A DNA stretch of 64,000 nucleotides from Rebecca billardiae RCC1528 (taxonomy: Eukaryota > Protista > Haptophyta). Shown in pieces: positions 10,046 through 21,900 of the stretch. Under the pieces are notes generated by a model. That model ran no database searches, was not told the DNA's origin, and saw nothing but the letters and a program-made list of their open reading frames with translations. The stretch spans positions 1,364,001 through 1,428,000 of the forward strand of contig OZ251236.1 in the NCBI GenBank assembly GCA_965240325.2. The letters run 5' to 3'. Within the stretch, counting starts at the first letter, position 1. Each line of letters begins with the position of its first letter. The position numbers and the translations under genes were made by a program.

Positions 10046-11895
10046 TGGCGGGCCGTAGGTCCGCCCCTTATAGTAGTGCCCGGGAAAAAGATAAGAAAAA
10101 GAAAAGAAAAAGAAAATCGCCTCGCCAAGATGGCGGGCCGTAGGTCCGCCCCTTATATGTGGCGTTCTCTCGACCACGGGCAGCTGCGCCTCCGCACTGC
10201 CCGCGCCCGTCGTTCGTTGGTAAAATCCCGACCTATGTAACATGATCGTGTCCCAATCATGATCATCATCGTGGACTGTCCCAAGACGCAGTTCACGCCA
10301 CGACCATCCAGCTCTCGGTCGTGCTCGACGCTTCGAGCGAGCAGGGCATGGCGGAGTGGTTAGACATATATATAGTAGTGCCCGGGAAAAAGATAAGAAA
10401 AAGAAAAGAAAAAGAAAATCGCCTCGCCAAGAAAAGAAAATCGCCTCGCTCACTACCGGGCGCCCTCGCAGCTCCCACTGGGGACGCTCGGCCGAAAAAG
10501 GGTTGCCCATGGCGCGGAGCGCATGGGCGGCGCGCGCCAAATCCAACGCCGGCGTGGACATCGCGCGAGGATTCCCTAGACAGGTTTTCGCCCGATTCGC
10601 GATTGCTGCCCTCGTCGTCTCGCGTGCAGTTCGAACGGGGGCCAAATCGACCCGTTTGGAGCGGTACGCTCGGCGCGTCGACACGATCGCGCGACCTGGG
10701 GCGGTCCTCGCCCGACTTGCACGTCGAGCGCTCGCACGGGCCATAGTAGCAAGCGCTGCGCACGACAGCCGCCTCGCGCGATCCACCGCCGCGCGTCGGG
10801 CTCGGTGCGGAAAGGCCCTCATCACGAGGCGTCTCGCGGGCGGGAAGCGCCATCGCACGCGACGCAAGATTTGGCGCGGCCTTCTGAACTCGATCGCCGG
10901 AATCCGCGCACCGGAGTCCGGTCTGTCCGGACTGTCTGTCGCCTCGCGGTCCCTCAGCCGATTTGAGCCGAAAGCCCACGTCCGGCCTGCATGGCGTCGA
11001 CGGTGACCAATGCGACGGAAGCGCAGCGCCAACGGCGCACGACGCGCAGCGGGCGCACCTCCCGGGTCTGTCGCCGTGGCAGCAACCGCGTCTTCGCGAG
11101 TTGGCGACCCACGCCGCAGCGCGACACGGACAAGCCCGTGATGCCATCCGCAGAGAGATGAAACGTCGAGCATGCAACATCGACGCATCCTCGTCGGTGG
11201 CGCAGGCGCTGCGGGACGAGGCGGAAGTCGTCACGCCGGTGACGGATGCGCTGCGATTCGTGTGCCCGCGTGAGCAGCTCTTGCCCACTCTCGATCGCGC
11301 GTGGCACACGCTGTCGCTGTGCGCGCGCGCGCGCACAACCAACAGCTCCTCGTGCCGCCGAACACGCGGGCGCCAGACCTGTCGAAGATGCGAACAGCGA
11401 TGACCGCGTGAACGTCAACGCGCTCGTGCTCAGCGTGGCGGCCGTGTACGACGTCAACGCGACCTGCGCCGAGCCCATCATGCCCGAAGAGGACATCGGC
11501 AAGCATCCTCGCGACGACCGCTCTCGGCTGGCGGCAGGAGGACATGCACATGATCTACTCTGGCGGCTTCGTCGGCGGCGAGGCGCTCGATTACGCCATC
11601 GCGGTCGAGATGCGGCACATACAGCGCGTACCCGCGCTCGCGCGGAGCAACGGGCTACCCGCCCCGCCCCGCGTGCTGCACATTCCCTCGTGGATGTGGG
11701 AGTCTCGCTGATGCGCACCGAGCCAGTACCGAGACGTGTACACGTGGGAGACTACTTCAGGTGTCACTGGTCCTCGCCCTCGACTGTCCGTCACCCACGG
11801 CCACGAGCGAATGTGGAAAGACGCGAACCCGCAGAGGATACATTGCGACAGCACTGGCACGGCCCGCCGACCCCCCCGCCCGCCAGGGCACAGTT
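10046..11895 (+). mobile_element. Dispersed ~1.5-kb repeat, copy A, with duplicated terminal pieces at 10046-10155; carries a decayed intron-containing gene fragment
   Basis: 10371-11895 aligns along its length to the reverse complement of 54986-56510. Terminal hairpin ggcgggcc-gta-ggtccgcc and a (GAAAA)n tract. Confidence 0.8.
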
Positions 11896-12092
11896 TTTCA
11901 TTTACAATTACCTATGCGTCAGCAAATAAACAGTTTGGCGCTTTTCGGCCGCAACTCAACAGAAGGATGGCGCCGTGCAGAGCAGCAGAGGCGGCGGCCG
12001 GCGGCGCCGCTTTTTTCATTTATTCTTCATAGATGATGGAAGCGTGATGGCGGCGGCCGCGCTCAGATCGCCGTTTGGGATGTAGGAGGCTC

Positions 12093-13295
12093 ATGGCTGC
12101 GCTCCTGCTGCCGCCGTGGCTCGCGATCGCTGCTGTTACGGGACCGGTCCCGCAGAGAGTGGCCGTGTGCTTCGCCGGCCAATTCCCTCGTGGCGCGGCC
12201 CCTTCAGCGCGCGCGCACGACGTCTTCGGCCTGCGAGCAGATGCGTCTGTGGATTTTGACGCATACGTCGCGACTTCCGACGCTGAGCACGAGGTGCCCC
12301 CGCCAGGGCTCAGTCAAGCGCGGCCAGTCAACGCGAGCGCGCTGGCGCTGCACCTGCGCCGTCGCTGCGGCTTCTCGAGGGCTGACGTCTCGACCGAGCC
12401 CTACGACCCGGTGCCACACGCTCACCTGGCCGCGCGCGTGCTGCGCGTGCCGCTGTGCTGCAGAGTTGGCGAGGAGCAGCACGCGTGGATGCCGCACCGG
12501 GTGGTCAGCTGGTTCGCATCCGTGCAGCGGTGCGCGCGGATGATCGCGCGCGAGCCGCGGGGCACATACGACCTGGTGCTCCTCACGCGGCTCGACGTTT
12601 GGGACGCGCTGCGCGTCTCGCCCGATCTCGGCGCGCCGGGCGGCGCGACCGACGACGGGCGCGCGCGCAAGGGGCGGGCAAGCACGCTCGGCCCGCTGGG
12701 CTCCGCGGGCAGCGGCGGCGCTGCGACGCTCGCGCTCGCGTCGGTCCGCGAGTACGACGCGATCGCGTGGCGGCAGCGCGGCGTGACCAAGGACCAGGCC
12801 CTGCTGCTGCTGAGCGAGCGGCTGTGGAGCGCGGGCCTCGCCTCTGTGCACGACGCGCTGCCGGGGCTGGTGGCGCGCGCGCTCGGGCCTGCAGCGGTAG
12901 CGTCCGGGGCCGGGTGCGAGGCGGTGGTGCCCGAGGCGCTGCTGCGACAGCACCTGGACCGCGCGCTGCCGTCGGGTGCGGCGCGCTTCCTCCACTCGCG
13001 CCGCGCGCTCCACTTCAAGGTCCCCATCTTCCGCGCCAAGCACGACGCTTGGTTTGCGCGCGCGGTGCGCGCGCAGCTCGAGTGTGCGGCCGCCGCGCGG
13101 GCCGCGCGCGGCGGCGAGGCGGGGCGAGAGGCCGCTGCCGTCCTCGTGCTCGTGCGCGACCCGCACGCGTGGCAGTGTGGTGACGAGCGCGGCCCCGCTG
13201 CCGCTCAGCCCGCTGCAACGGTAGAGAGACCACAGACACAGTGCAGGCCGCGGCGGCCGGCCCTACCTGCGACGACGCACGGTGAGTATTATTAA
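12093..13295 (+). CDS. Secreted or Golgi glycosyltransferase-like protein
   Basis: Hydrophobic N-terminus, RVAVCFAGQFPR motif, YDLVLLTRLDV motif and downstream PEALLRQHL, the pattern of algal/viral GT-like proteins. 3' end uncertain (possible intron near 13220). Confidence 0.6.
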   Translation: MAALLLPPWLAIAAVTGPVPQRVAVCFAGQFPRGAAPSARAHDVFGLRADASVDFDAYVATSDAEHEVPPPGLSQARPVNASALALHLRRRCGFSRADVSTEPYDPVPHAHLAARVLRVPLCCRVGEEQHAWMPHRVVSWFASVQRCARMIAREPRGTYDLVLLTRLDVWDALRVSPDLGAPGGATDDGRARKGRASTLGPLGSAGSGGAATLALASVREYDAIAWRQRGVTKDQALLLLSERLWSAGLASVHDALPGLVARALGPAAVASGAGCEAVVPEALLRQHLDRALPSGAARFLHSRRALHFKVPIFRAKHDAWFARAVRAQLECAAAARAARGGEAGREAAAVLVLVRDPHAWQCGDERGPAAAQPAATVERPQTQCRPRRPALPATTHGEYY

Positions 13296-13552
13296 AGAGT
13301 GCGGTCCGCTCGCGGTCCGCCGTCCGCGGCCTAGCTGGCTAGCACACACACGTGGCACAGCCGAGACAATATGCAGCATATATAGTAGTACAGCCTGACA
13401 GTCACAGTGTTAGTGGGCCAAGCTGGCCTTTAAGCCGCGAGATTGAAGATGGAGCAGGCGAGATTGGCAGATTGCAGCCGCGCGCAACGCCGCCTCAGTT
13501 TTCCGCGCGTGCATCATCATCGGCGGGGCGAGGGAGGCCTCGGATCGCGACG

Positions 13553-15315
13553 ATGCAGCCGCCGCCCTTTTCGCCACCGGGCTCCCCGCCCTCCCCGCCG
13601 CCGCTCCCGCCCTTCTCGCCGCCGCTCCCGCCCTTCCCACCGCCCTTCCCGCCGTCGCCCCCGCCCTTGGAGCTGCCGCCGGGCGCGTGGGTCTCGTGGG
13701 TTCGCGACACGCTGATTTGGTCGGTCGTGGGCATCCTCTTGCTGATCATCGCGCGCGAGATCGGCCGTCGCTTCTCGCGCTTCGTCGGGCTGATCGTGCT
13801 CGCGGGCCAGCTCCCCGGCGACGTGCCGGCCTTCGTCGACAAGCTCTCCGAGGACCCCAAGGAGACGTTCATGTCGCTCTCGCGCGAGGAGATCTGGCAC
13901 TTCATCAAGTGCGCGATTGTGTCGCCGCAGAAGATGACGGTGCTCGGGCACGACGACACGCTCGAGCGGCTCGAGCGCATCCGCCTCCGCTTCCAGGACA
14001 GCGGCTGGCGCCACATCAACATCCGCACGGCCGACGGCGTCAAGCTCGACGGCTGCCTGTTCCAGCCGCCCGCGGGCGCGCGCGAGCAGCGCTGGGTGGT
14101 CTTCATGAACGCGAACATGCAAAAGTACGAGGAGTGGCTCTTCTACTTCCACCGGTACGTGAAGGACGTGGGCGTCGGCATGCTCGTCTTCAACTGGCGC
14201 GGCGTCGCCTTCTCCGAGGGCTGCGCCATGACGATCCGCGACCTGGTGAAGGACGGCACGGCCGCGCTCAACTACCTGGTGGACCAGGGGGTGCCGCCCG
14301 AGCACATCCTCGTGCACGGGCTGTCGATCGGCGCGTGCATCGCCGCGACGGTGCGCTCGCGCGAGCCGAGGCTGGCGCACGGCCCCGTGCTCCTCGACCG
14401 CCCCTTCGCCAAGCTCTCCGACGTCGTGTACGGCTACGCCTCGTTTGCCACCACCAAGCGGCCCAAGCCGGGAGAGCCGCGGCCCAAGAAGAGCTGTCGG
14501 GACTGGGCCAAGCTGGTGGTGCTCGAGCTGATCGCCGGCTTCGCGTGGCTCATCCTGCTCTGCACGTGGTGGCAGGTGCGCGCCGCGCGCTCTCGCGCCC
14601 TCGCCGTGCCTCTCGCCCGCGGCGCGCTCGCCAGCGCGGCGCGCTCACTGTGAGCTCCGGCGTGCGCGCGCGCGGGCGCGCCTCCGCACCGCGCGCGCCG
14701 CAGGGCCGCACGCTGCACGCCTTTGAGCGGCTGTACGCGACGCGCATCGTCACCTTCCACCAGCGGGACAACATCATCCACTTCAAGCGCGCCTCGCTGT
14801 ACCAGCACCTGTACAAGCGGCACAGGGCGCCGCGCAGAGCCGCGGAGGCCGCCACGGCCGCGCCGGCCGCGGCTCGGCCGCGCGTGAGCGCCATCCCGGC
14901 GCGCGGCGACCCAAACCACCCGTGGTACGCGATCGAGCTGCGCGGCATCCACCCGGAGTGGCTGCCGCACGACATGCCGCTCTACCTCGACCGCTCGTGG
15001 GACGAGGCGATGCCGCTCATCGCGTCCGTACTCGGCCTGAGCCCGGCCGAGCGCGTGCCCGAGGCGGACGAGGCGGGCGGCAGCAACGGCGCGTCGGCTG
15101 CGGCGCCGCCCGGCGCACAGGCGGACGGGGCGGCGGCGGGCGCGGGCGCTCCGCCTCCGCGGGAGGGCGGGCGCGGCACGATCGCCGAGCGCGCGCGCAA
15201 CGCCGCGGCGCGCATCGTCGGCGGGGGCGGCGCCTCGTCCCCGACCCGGCGCGGGCGCAGCTCGGCCGACGACTCGACGGATGTGCAAAATGGCGCCTAC
15301 GCGCGGATGCTCTGA
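13553..15315 (+). CDS. Membrane alpha/beta hydrolase (ABHD13/ABHD17/Bem46-like); join(13553..14575,14704..15315)
   Basis: IRTADGVKLDG, VFNWRGV, nucleophile elbow GLSIG and DRPF. After the intron 14576-14703 come the candidate catalytic Asp (RDNII) and His (LPHDMP). Pro-rich N-terminus followed by a TM helix. Confidence 0.88.
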
Positions 15316-15969
15316 ATCTGATGGCTTTTTGAAACTACAGTTTAATGGATACTGTATACCTTAATACCTGGTGCCACGTGCACTCGGCAATGCCCGAGGT
15401 CGTGGCGGTCGCTGACGAGCCTGACGACGACAGACGAGCCACGAGTTGACTCGCTGAGAGACACTAGCTCCGAGCTACCGGGCTGTCCGGGCCAGAGTTT
15501 TTTTTAAAAAGGATATACGAACTATCGGCGTTCTGGACCGTTACCATACATGACCTGTGACAAGAATAGCATCATCACGTTTCATCGTTTTACCCACCAC
15601 CCATTCAGACGAATCTGAACAGTGAACGATGAGGACTGAGGAGGGGCTACCGTATGCGCTATTAATAGAACGGCTCTGAGATTGATAGTGTTGAGTATCT
15701 CACCATATCTGTGGCTTGGAACGTCGCGGCGAAACCCCACAAACCGCGATCATATTGACGAACGAAGCGCCGTTATTACGGGTAACTTTGCTAATTGGCG
15801 TCGGAGATGGGCCGTGGGCACTCATGGGCGCGCGGGCGTGGGCCCAACCGGCACGGGGTACCCGCACCCGAGCGAGAGCGAGAGCGGGAGCGTCGTGTTC
15901 TCATCTGCGGGGGCCGCCGCGGCCGCCCGACGGAGAGGGTCACCCCACCGCGCCTACGCGCCGGGTGCG

Positions 15970-18900
15970 ATGTGGCTACTCGTGGTGTTTGCCGCGGCAT
16001 TGAGCGCCGCGCAGCTGGGTGGGCATGCCTCCGTCTCGGATGATGGCTCGAGAGTCGCACTCCACGCGACTGAGATGTCGGAGACCTCGCCTCGACAGTC
16101 GCACGCGCCGGCGGCGCGCAAAGTGCCGCAACATGCTGCCGAGACACTGAGCGTCGCCGCGTTCAGCTTCGCGGCTGCAGTGCCCTCTGTCGTGCCCGAC
16201 GCCCCGAAAGACATCCCAGCGAAAGACGTCCCACCGCTGCCAACCCTCAACTTTGCGTCCTCCGCCGTTGTCGGTGCCCCTGCCGAAGCCTTCAGCTTCG
16301 CGCCGCTGAGTGGTCCGGTGCTGAGTATGGCCCCTGGGCCCGTGCCCGTGGTCTCGTCGCCAGCGCATCTGCAGACGACGCCGCCCTCGCCGCAGCCGCC
16401 GCCGCCCTCGCCGCCGCCGCCCTCGCCGCCGCCGCCCTCGCCGAGTGTTCTATCTGTGCTGCAGGCCATCTCTGCGCCCTCCAGCCTCGCGCCGCTGAGT
16501 GGCCCTGCGCTGAGTATGGCCCCTGGGCCCGTGCCCGTGGTCTCGTCGCCAGCGCATCTGCAGCCGCCGCCGCCCTCGCCGCCGCCGCCCTCGCCGCCGC
16601 CGCCCTCGCCGCCGCCGCCCTCGCCGCCCGACACGTCTGTGCCGCCGATCACCTCTGCGCCCGTGCCGGAGCTGATCTCCACAGTCGTCACCCAGCTGCC
16701 GTCCCCGCTGTCGCTGCAGGTGCTCTCCGCGCCCTTCTCGGCCGTCCTCTCCCGCATCGATGCCATGTCGCTGCCCGCCTCGCCGCCCCTGCCGCCGGGC
16801 CCAGGCCCCGGAGAGCCGCCGTTGCCGACCCTGTCCCTCCCGGTCTCCTCGCTGCCCGGCCTGAGCCTGCCGTCCCGGCCCTTGCCCTCGGTCCAGCCGC
16901 CGCCGCCGCCCTCGCCGCTGCCGCTTGCGCTGCAGCCGCCGCCCTCGCCGCCCTCGCCACCGCCGCCCTCGCCGAGTGTTCTGTCTGTGCTGCAGGCCAT
17001 CTCTGCGCCCTCCAGCCTCGCGCCGCTGAGTGGCCCTGCGCTGAGTGTGGCCCGTGGGCCCGTGCCCGTGGTCTCGTCGCCAGCGCAGCTGCAGCCGCCG
17101 CTCTCGCCGCAGCCGCCGCCGCCCTCACCGCCGCCGCCCTCGCCGCCGCCGCTGCTGCTCTCGCCGCAGCCGCCGCCGCCCTCGCCGCCGCCGCCCTCGC
17201 CGCCGCCGCTGCCGCTCTCGCCGCAGCCGCCGCCGCCCTCGCCGCCGCCGCCCTCGCCGCCGCCGCTGCAGCTTGCGCTGCAGCCGCCGCCCTCGCCGCC
17301 CTCGCCGCTCGCTCTGCAGCCGCCGCCCTCGCCGCCCGACACGTCTGTGCCGCCGATCACCTCTGCGCCCGTGCCGGAGCTGCTCTCCACAGTCGTCACC
17401 CAGCTGCCGTCCCCGCTGTCGCTGCAGGTGCTCTCCGCGCCCTTCTCGGCCGTCCTCTCCCGCATCGATGCCATGTCGCTGCCCGCCTCGCCGCCCCTGC
17501 CGCCGGGCCCAGGCCCCGGAGAGCCGCCGTTGCCGACCCTGTCCCTCCCAGTCTCCTCGCTGCCCGGCCTGAGCCTGCCGTCCCGGCCCTTGCCCTCGGT
17601 GCAGTCGCCGCCGCCGCCCTCGCCGCCGCCAGCACCCTCGCAGCCGCCGCCCTCGCCGGCGCAGCCGCCGCCCTCGCCGCCGCCCGCGCCGCAGCCCTCG
17701 CCGCCGCCTCTGCCGCCGCCCGTGTCGCCGCCCTCGCCGCCTCTACCCCCCTCGCCGCCCCCCGGCCCGCTCGGCGGCGCGTTTGCGCGCGTGTACCTCA
17801 CCGCTGCCTCGCCCGGCGCGCTCGTGCACGACTCGGAGGCGTCGGCGTCCAACCGTCACGCCGCCGACTTTGGCTTCTTCCAGCTGGGCGGGGACGAGGC
17901 GGGCGCGCAGGGCGCGCTGGGCGGCGTGCTCGAGGGCTTTGAGGGCGACGACGCGCTGCTCGACCCGGACGGCACCGACGCCTTCGCCCTGTCCAAGCGG
18001 AAGGCGGGCACGGCGCGCGCGTGGGTGCGCACACCCACCGTGTACGCGGACCGCTCGGACGTGCGCGCCACGTACCAGCTGCACGACGCGGCGGGCCGCA
18101 CGGCCGTGGAGCTCTCCGGGCTCAGCGTGTCGCTCACGCTCGCCAACGCCGCCGGCGAGACCGAGCTCACGTCGTGCGCCGCGCCCGACGCGGTCAGCGG
18201 CGTGGGCGAGTGCTCGGGCACGGCTCCGGCCGCGTGGTTCGGGTCGTCGGAGGCGGCGGGCGTCGACGTGACGGTGGCCGTGTCCTACTCGGGCGCGGAG
18301 GTGGCGAGCGTCGAGCTGAGCGGCGCGATCAGCCTCGCGCCCGCGCCCTCGTTCCCCGAGCTGAGCGCCGCGGGCGTGCGCGTCTCCTTCGCCACCTCGC
18401 CCCGCTTCCCCGGCGACGAGGTCGTGGCGAGCGTGTACGCGCACACGGGCGGGTTCCCGCTGAACGCGTACCATCTGAGCGTCGCCTTCAACGCGAGCGT
18501 GCTCGAGCTGGTGTCGGTGGTGGGCGCGGCGGAGTTCAGCGCGCCGGTGACCCTGGAGGGCGAGGGCACGGTCGGCGTGATCTCGGCGGGCGTGCAGGCG
18601 GCCACCACCGAGGCGCAGGTGACGGGCGACGCCGTGCCGCTGTGCACGCTCACGTTCGAGCTGCCCGCGGGCGCGCCGGCCGGCGTCGCGTCGGGCGCGC
18701 TGTCCGTCGTGGTCGAGCAGCTCGTCAACTGGATCAACAACCCGTTCGTGCAGGGCGCGGACGCGCGCGTCGACGACGAGCGCGGCGCGCCGGCGGGCAC
18801 GAGCGGCCAGCTCACCGTCGAGCACGCCGCCGTGCTCGCCATCGCGGCGTTCGTCGCGGACACGGGCAACGCCGTGCGCGTGAACACGGCGCCGCTCACC

Positions 18901-21900
18901 GGCTCGGCCGACGCCGCGAGCGTCGACGCGGTCGTCCTCACCTCGCGCGCGGCGGACGCGCCCGCCGCGGCGAGCGCGAGCGCGTCGTACGAGCTGTCGT
19001 GCGCGCTCGCCAGCGCCGCCGACGGCGCGGCCCTCGCGGTGAGCAGCGGCTGCGCGCTCTCGGCGGGCGCGACGCAGACGAGCGGCACGAGCGGCGCGGC
19101 GGTGCGCGCGCAGCTGGCAGGCGGCGGCTCGGCGCTCGAGGACACCCTCGACGTGCGCGTGTGGTACCCGCGCGACGTGCGAGTCGAGCTCGGCGCGCCG
19201 ACGCTCAGCGCGATCAGCGGGCTGCTCCGCCGCGCGTCGGGCGTCGCGTGCGAGACCGCCGACCCCGCCTCCGCGCAGTCCGCGTACCGCCGCTCGCGCG
19301 TGCGCGTGCTCGCCTCCTTCTCCCTCGACGCCTCCAGCGGCTTTGGCGGCGCGGGCACGACCGCCGCGCTGCTCGGCCTGGAGGCGCAGGGCGGCGTGCT
19401 CGACGTCACGAGGCACGTGAGCGTAGGCAGCTCGGACGCGACGGTCGCCGTCGTCGTGCAGGACAGCGTGAGCGGCGCCGCGTACGTCGAGGCGGTGCCC
19501 GGCGCGCCGAGCGGCGCGCGCGCCAACATCACGCTCGCCTCCGCGCCGGACGCGGGCCTCGCGCCGCCCGCCACCGTCACGCTCGACGCCGACGCGCCGC
19601 TGGGCGTGGACGCGCTCACCGTCCTCGCGTTCACCGGCGCGGCGTGGAGCACCGGCCCGCCCGCCACCACGCCGCGCGCCGGCCCGTTCAGCGCGGCGTT
19701 CAGCCTCGAGCAGCTGCTGAGCGCGGAGGGCGACGAGGCGCGCGTCGTCGCGTGGGCGGCGCTGAGCGACGGCACCGTCGAGCGCGTGCCCCACGCCGAG
19801 CTGCGGCTGAACACGACGACGAGCTCGCTCGAGGTGGCGCGCGGCGCGGGCACGGACGACGCGTGGCGGGCCACCGTCGCGCTCAATGCCGTCTCGCAGG
19901 AGGGCGAGCTGCTGCCCGCCGAGTGGCGCGCGTGCGCCGAGGCGGCGGTCGGCTCGGGCGCGGCGCTCGTGAGCCTCGCGCTGCCCGCGCCCACGGCCGT
20001 GCGGCTGAGCGCCACCGCCACGCGGCTCGCCGACGCGTCGGACGGCGCGTCGCAGCCGCCCGTCAGCCTGCCGAGCAGCGCGACCCTCACCGCGCTCGTC
20101 GACTTTGAGGACGGCAGCTCGATCGACTACTCGGCCGACTCGCGGCTCACGCTCGAGCTGAGCGCCGGGAGCGCGTGCGCGACGCTCAGCGCGCAGACGC
20201 TCGGCATCGCCGCCGGCGCCGCGGCCGACACGGCGTGCGTGGGCACCGGCGCGGTCGCGGTGACGGCCACGCTGGGCGCGTTCAGCCTGCAGGCCACGCT
20301 CTCGCTCGACGTGGTCGCCCTCTCCTCCGTCGAGATCACGCGCACCAACTACCCGACGGACTCGTCGACGGCGTCGGTGACTGCGCTGAGCACGCTCGCG
20401 CTGGTCGGCTGCACCGGCCACTACCAGCGCGCGCAGCTCGGCGCCGTCGCGACGCTGAGCGACGGCAGCAGCGCGGACGTGACCGCGCAGGCCAGCTTCA
20501 CCTCGAGCGACACCGCCGTCGCCGCCGTCGCCGCCTCCGGCTCCGCCGTGCTGCTCGTGCCCGCCGCGGCGGGCACCACCGAGCTCGTCGGCGCGTGGGA
20601 GGGCTTGGCCTCGGCGGCGGCGGCCGTCAGCGTGACCGACACGCCCGTGCAGCCCAGCGCACTCGCGCTCAGCTCGGGCGGGCTGACGAGCTTCGACCTG
20701 GGCAGCGTCGCGGGGAGCTCGGCCGCGACGCTCGCCGCGCGCGTCGAGTTTGACGACGGCTCGGCGTGGCCGGACGCGCTGCTGCTCTCGGCGTGGATGG
20801 CGCCGGCGTCGCTCCTCACGCTCAGCTCGGCGGACTCGGCCGCGGTTGGCGTCGGCGCGGACGGCACGCTCACGCTGCTCGACAACGCCGCCGAGCGCGT
20901 GGAGGTGTCGGCGTCGTGGGCGTGCGCGCCGGCGCAGGTGGCCGCGTCGACGGTGAGCGTCGCGCCCAACCTCGAGCCGAGCGCGCGCGACGTCGACCTC
21001 GGCGCGTCGAGCGGCCTGCAGTTCCAGCCCGACAGCGGCGCGGGCACGCTCGAGGTCTCAGTGCGCGTGCACACGGCCGGCGAGGCGCTCGTCAACTTCC
21101 AGATCGAGATCTCGCTGGACGACAGCCGGCTGCGCGCGAGCGCGTGCGCGGTGCAGCTCTCGTGGGCGGCGTGCACGATCAACGACCCGACCTCACGCGT
21201 GCTTCTCATCGGCGACAACACGCAGGCCACCGACTCGGGCAGCAGCCTGCCCATCGCCACCATCACGTTTGACATCCTCGCCGAGGGCAGCGCGCCCTTC
21301 GAGGCCACGGTCGTCGAGCTCGTCACCGTCTCCTCCGCGGGCGCGGAGACGCGCACGACGGACGCGGAGGTGGTCGCGGGCGCGGGCAGCGCGCTGCTGC
21401 CCGCGCCGCCCGCGCGCCGCCGGCTGCGCGCCGACGGCGCCGCCGTCGTGCCGGCGGCGAGCGCGCGCCGCGCGCCGCTCGGCCGGCCGCGCCGCGGCCT
21501 GCAGAGCTGCGACGCGTGCGCCGCGCAGGTGTACGGCGACGTGTCGGGCGACTGCACCTTCACCTCGTACGACGTGCGCATCGCTTCGCTCGTGATCCTC
21601 GGCTCGGCAGAGTACCCGCTCGAAGACTTGTGCGAGTGGCGCGCGTCGCAGCTCGACCCGAGCCTCGACGGCTCGGTGAGCGCCGTCGATGCGGCCTACC
21701 TGCTGCTCGCGCTCGGCGGCAAGCGCCGCTTTGTGGCGGCGAGCGCGCTCTCGCCCGCGGGCACGCTGTACGGGGCGTCGGTCGGGGCGGAGTGCAGCCT
21801 GAGCGTCACGCTCGTCGACGACAGCTCGACGCCGGTCGACGGCTCGCAGACCTCCGTGCGCGCCGAGGTGTCGTACGCCGCGATCGCCTCGCTCGTCGAC

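Noticed and set aside
11340-11470. TnpB/Fanzor C-terminus (TCRRC plus DRVNVNA)
   Set aside because: The two motifs are in different frames, the Cys pair is not kept in copy B, no RuvC I/II motifs are present, and an intron explains the junction.
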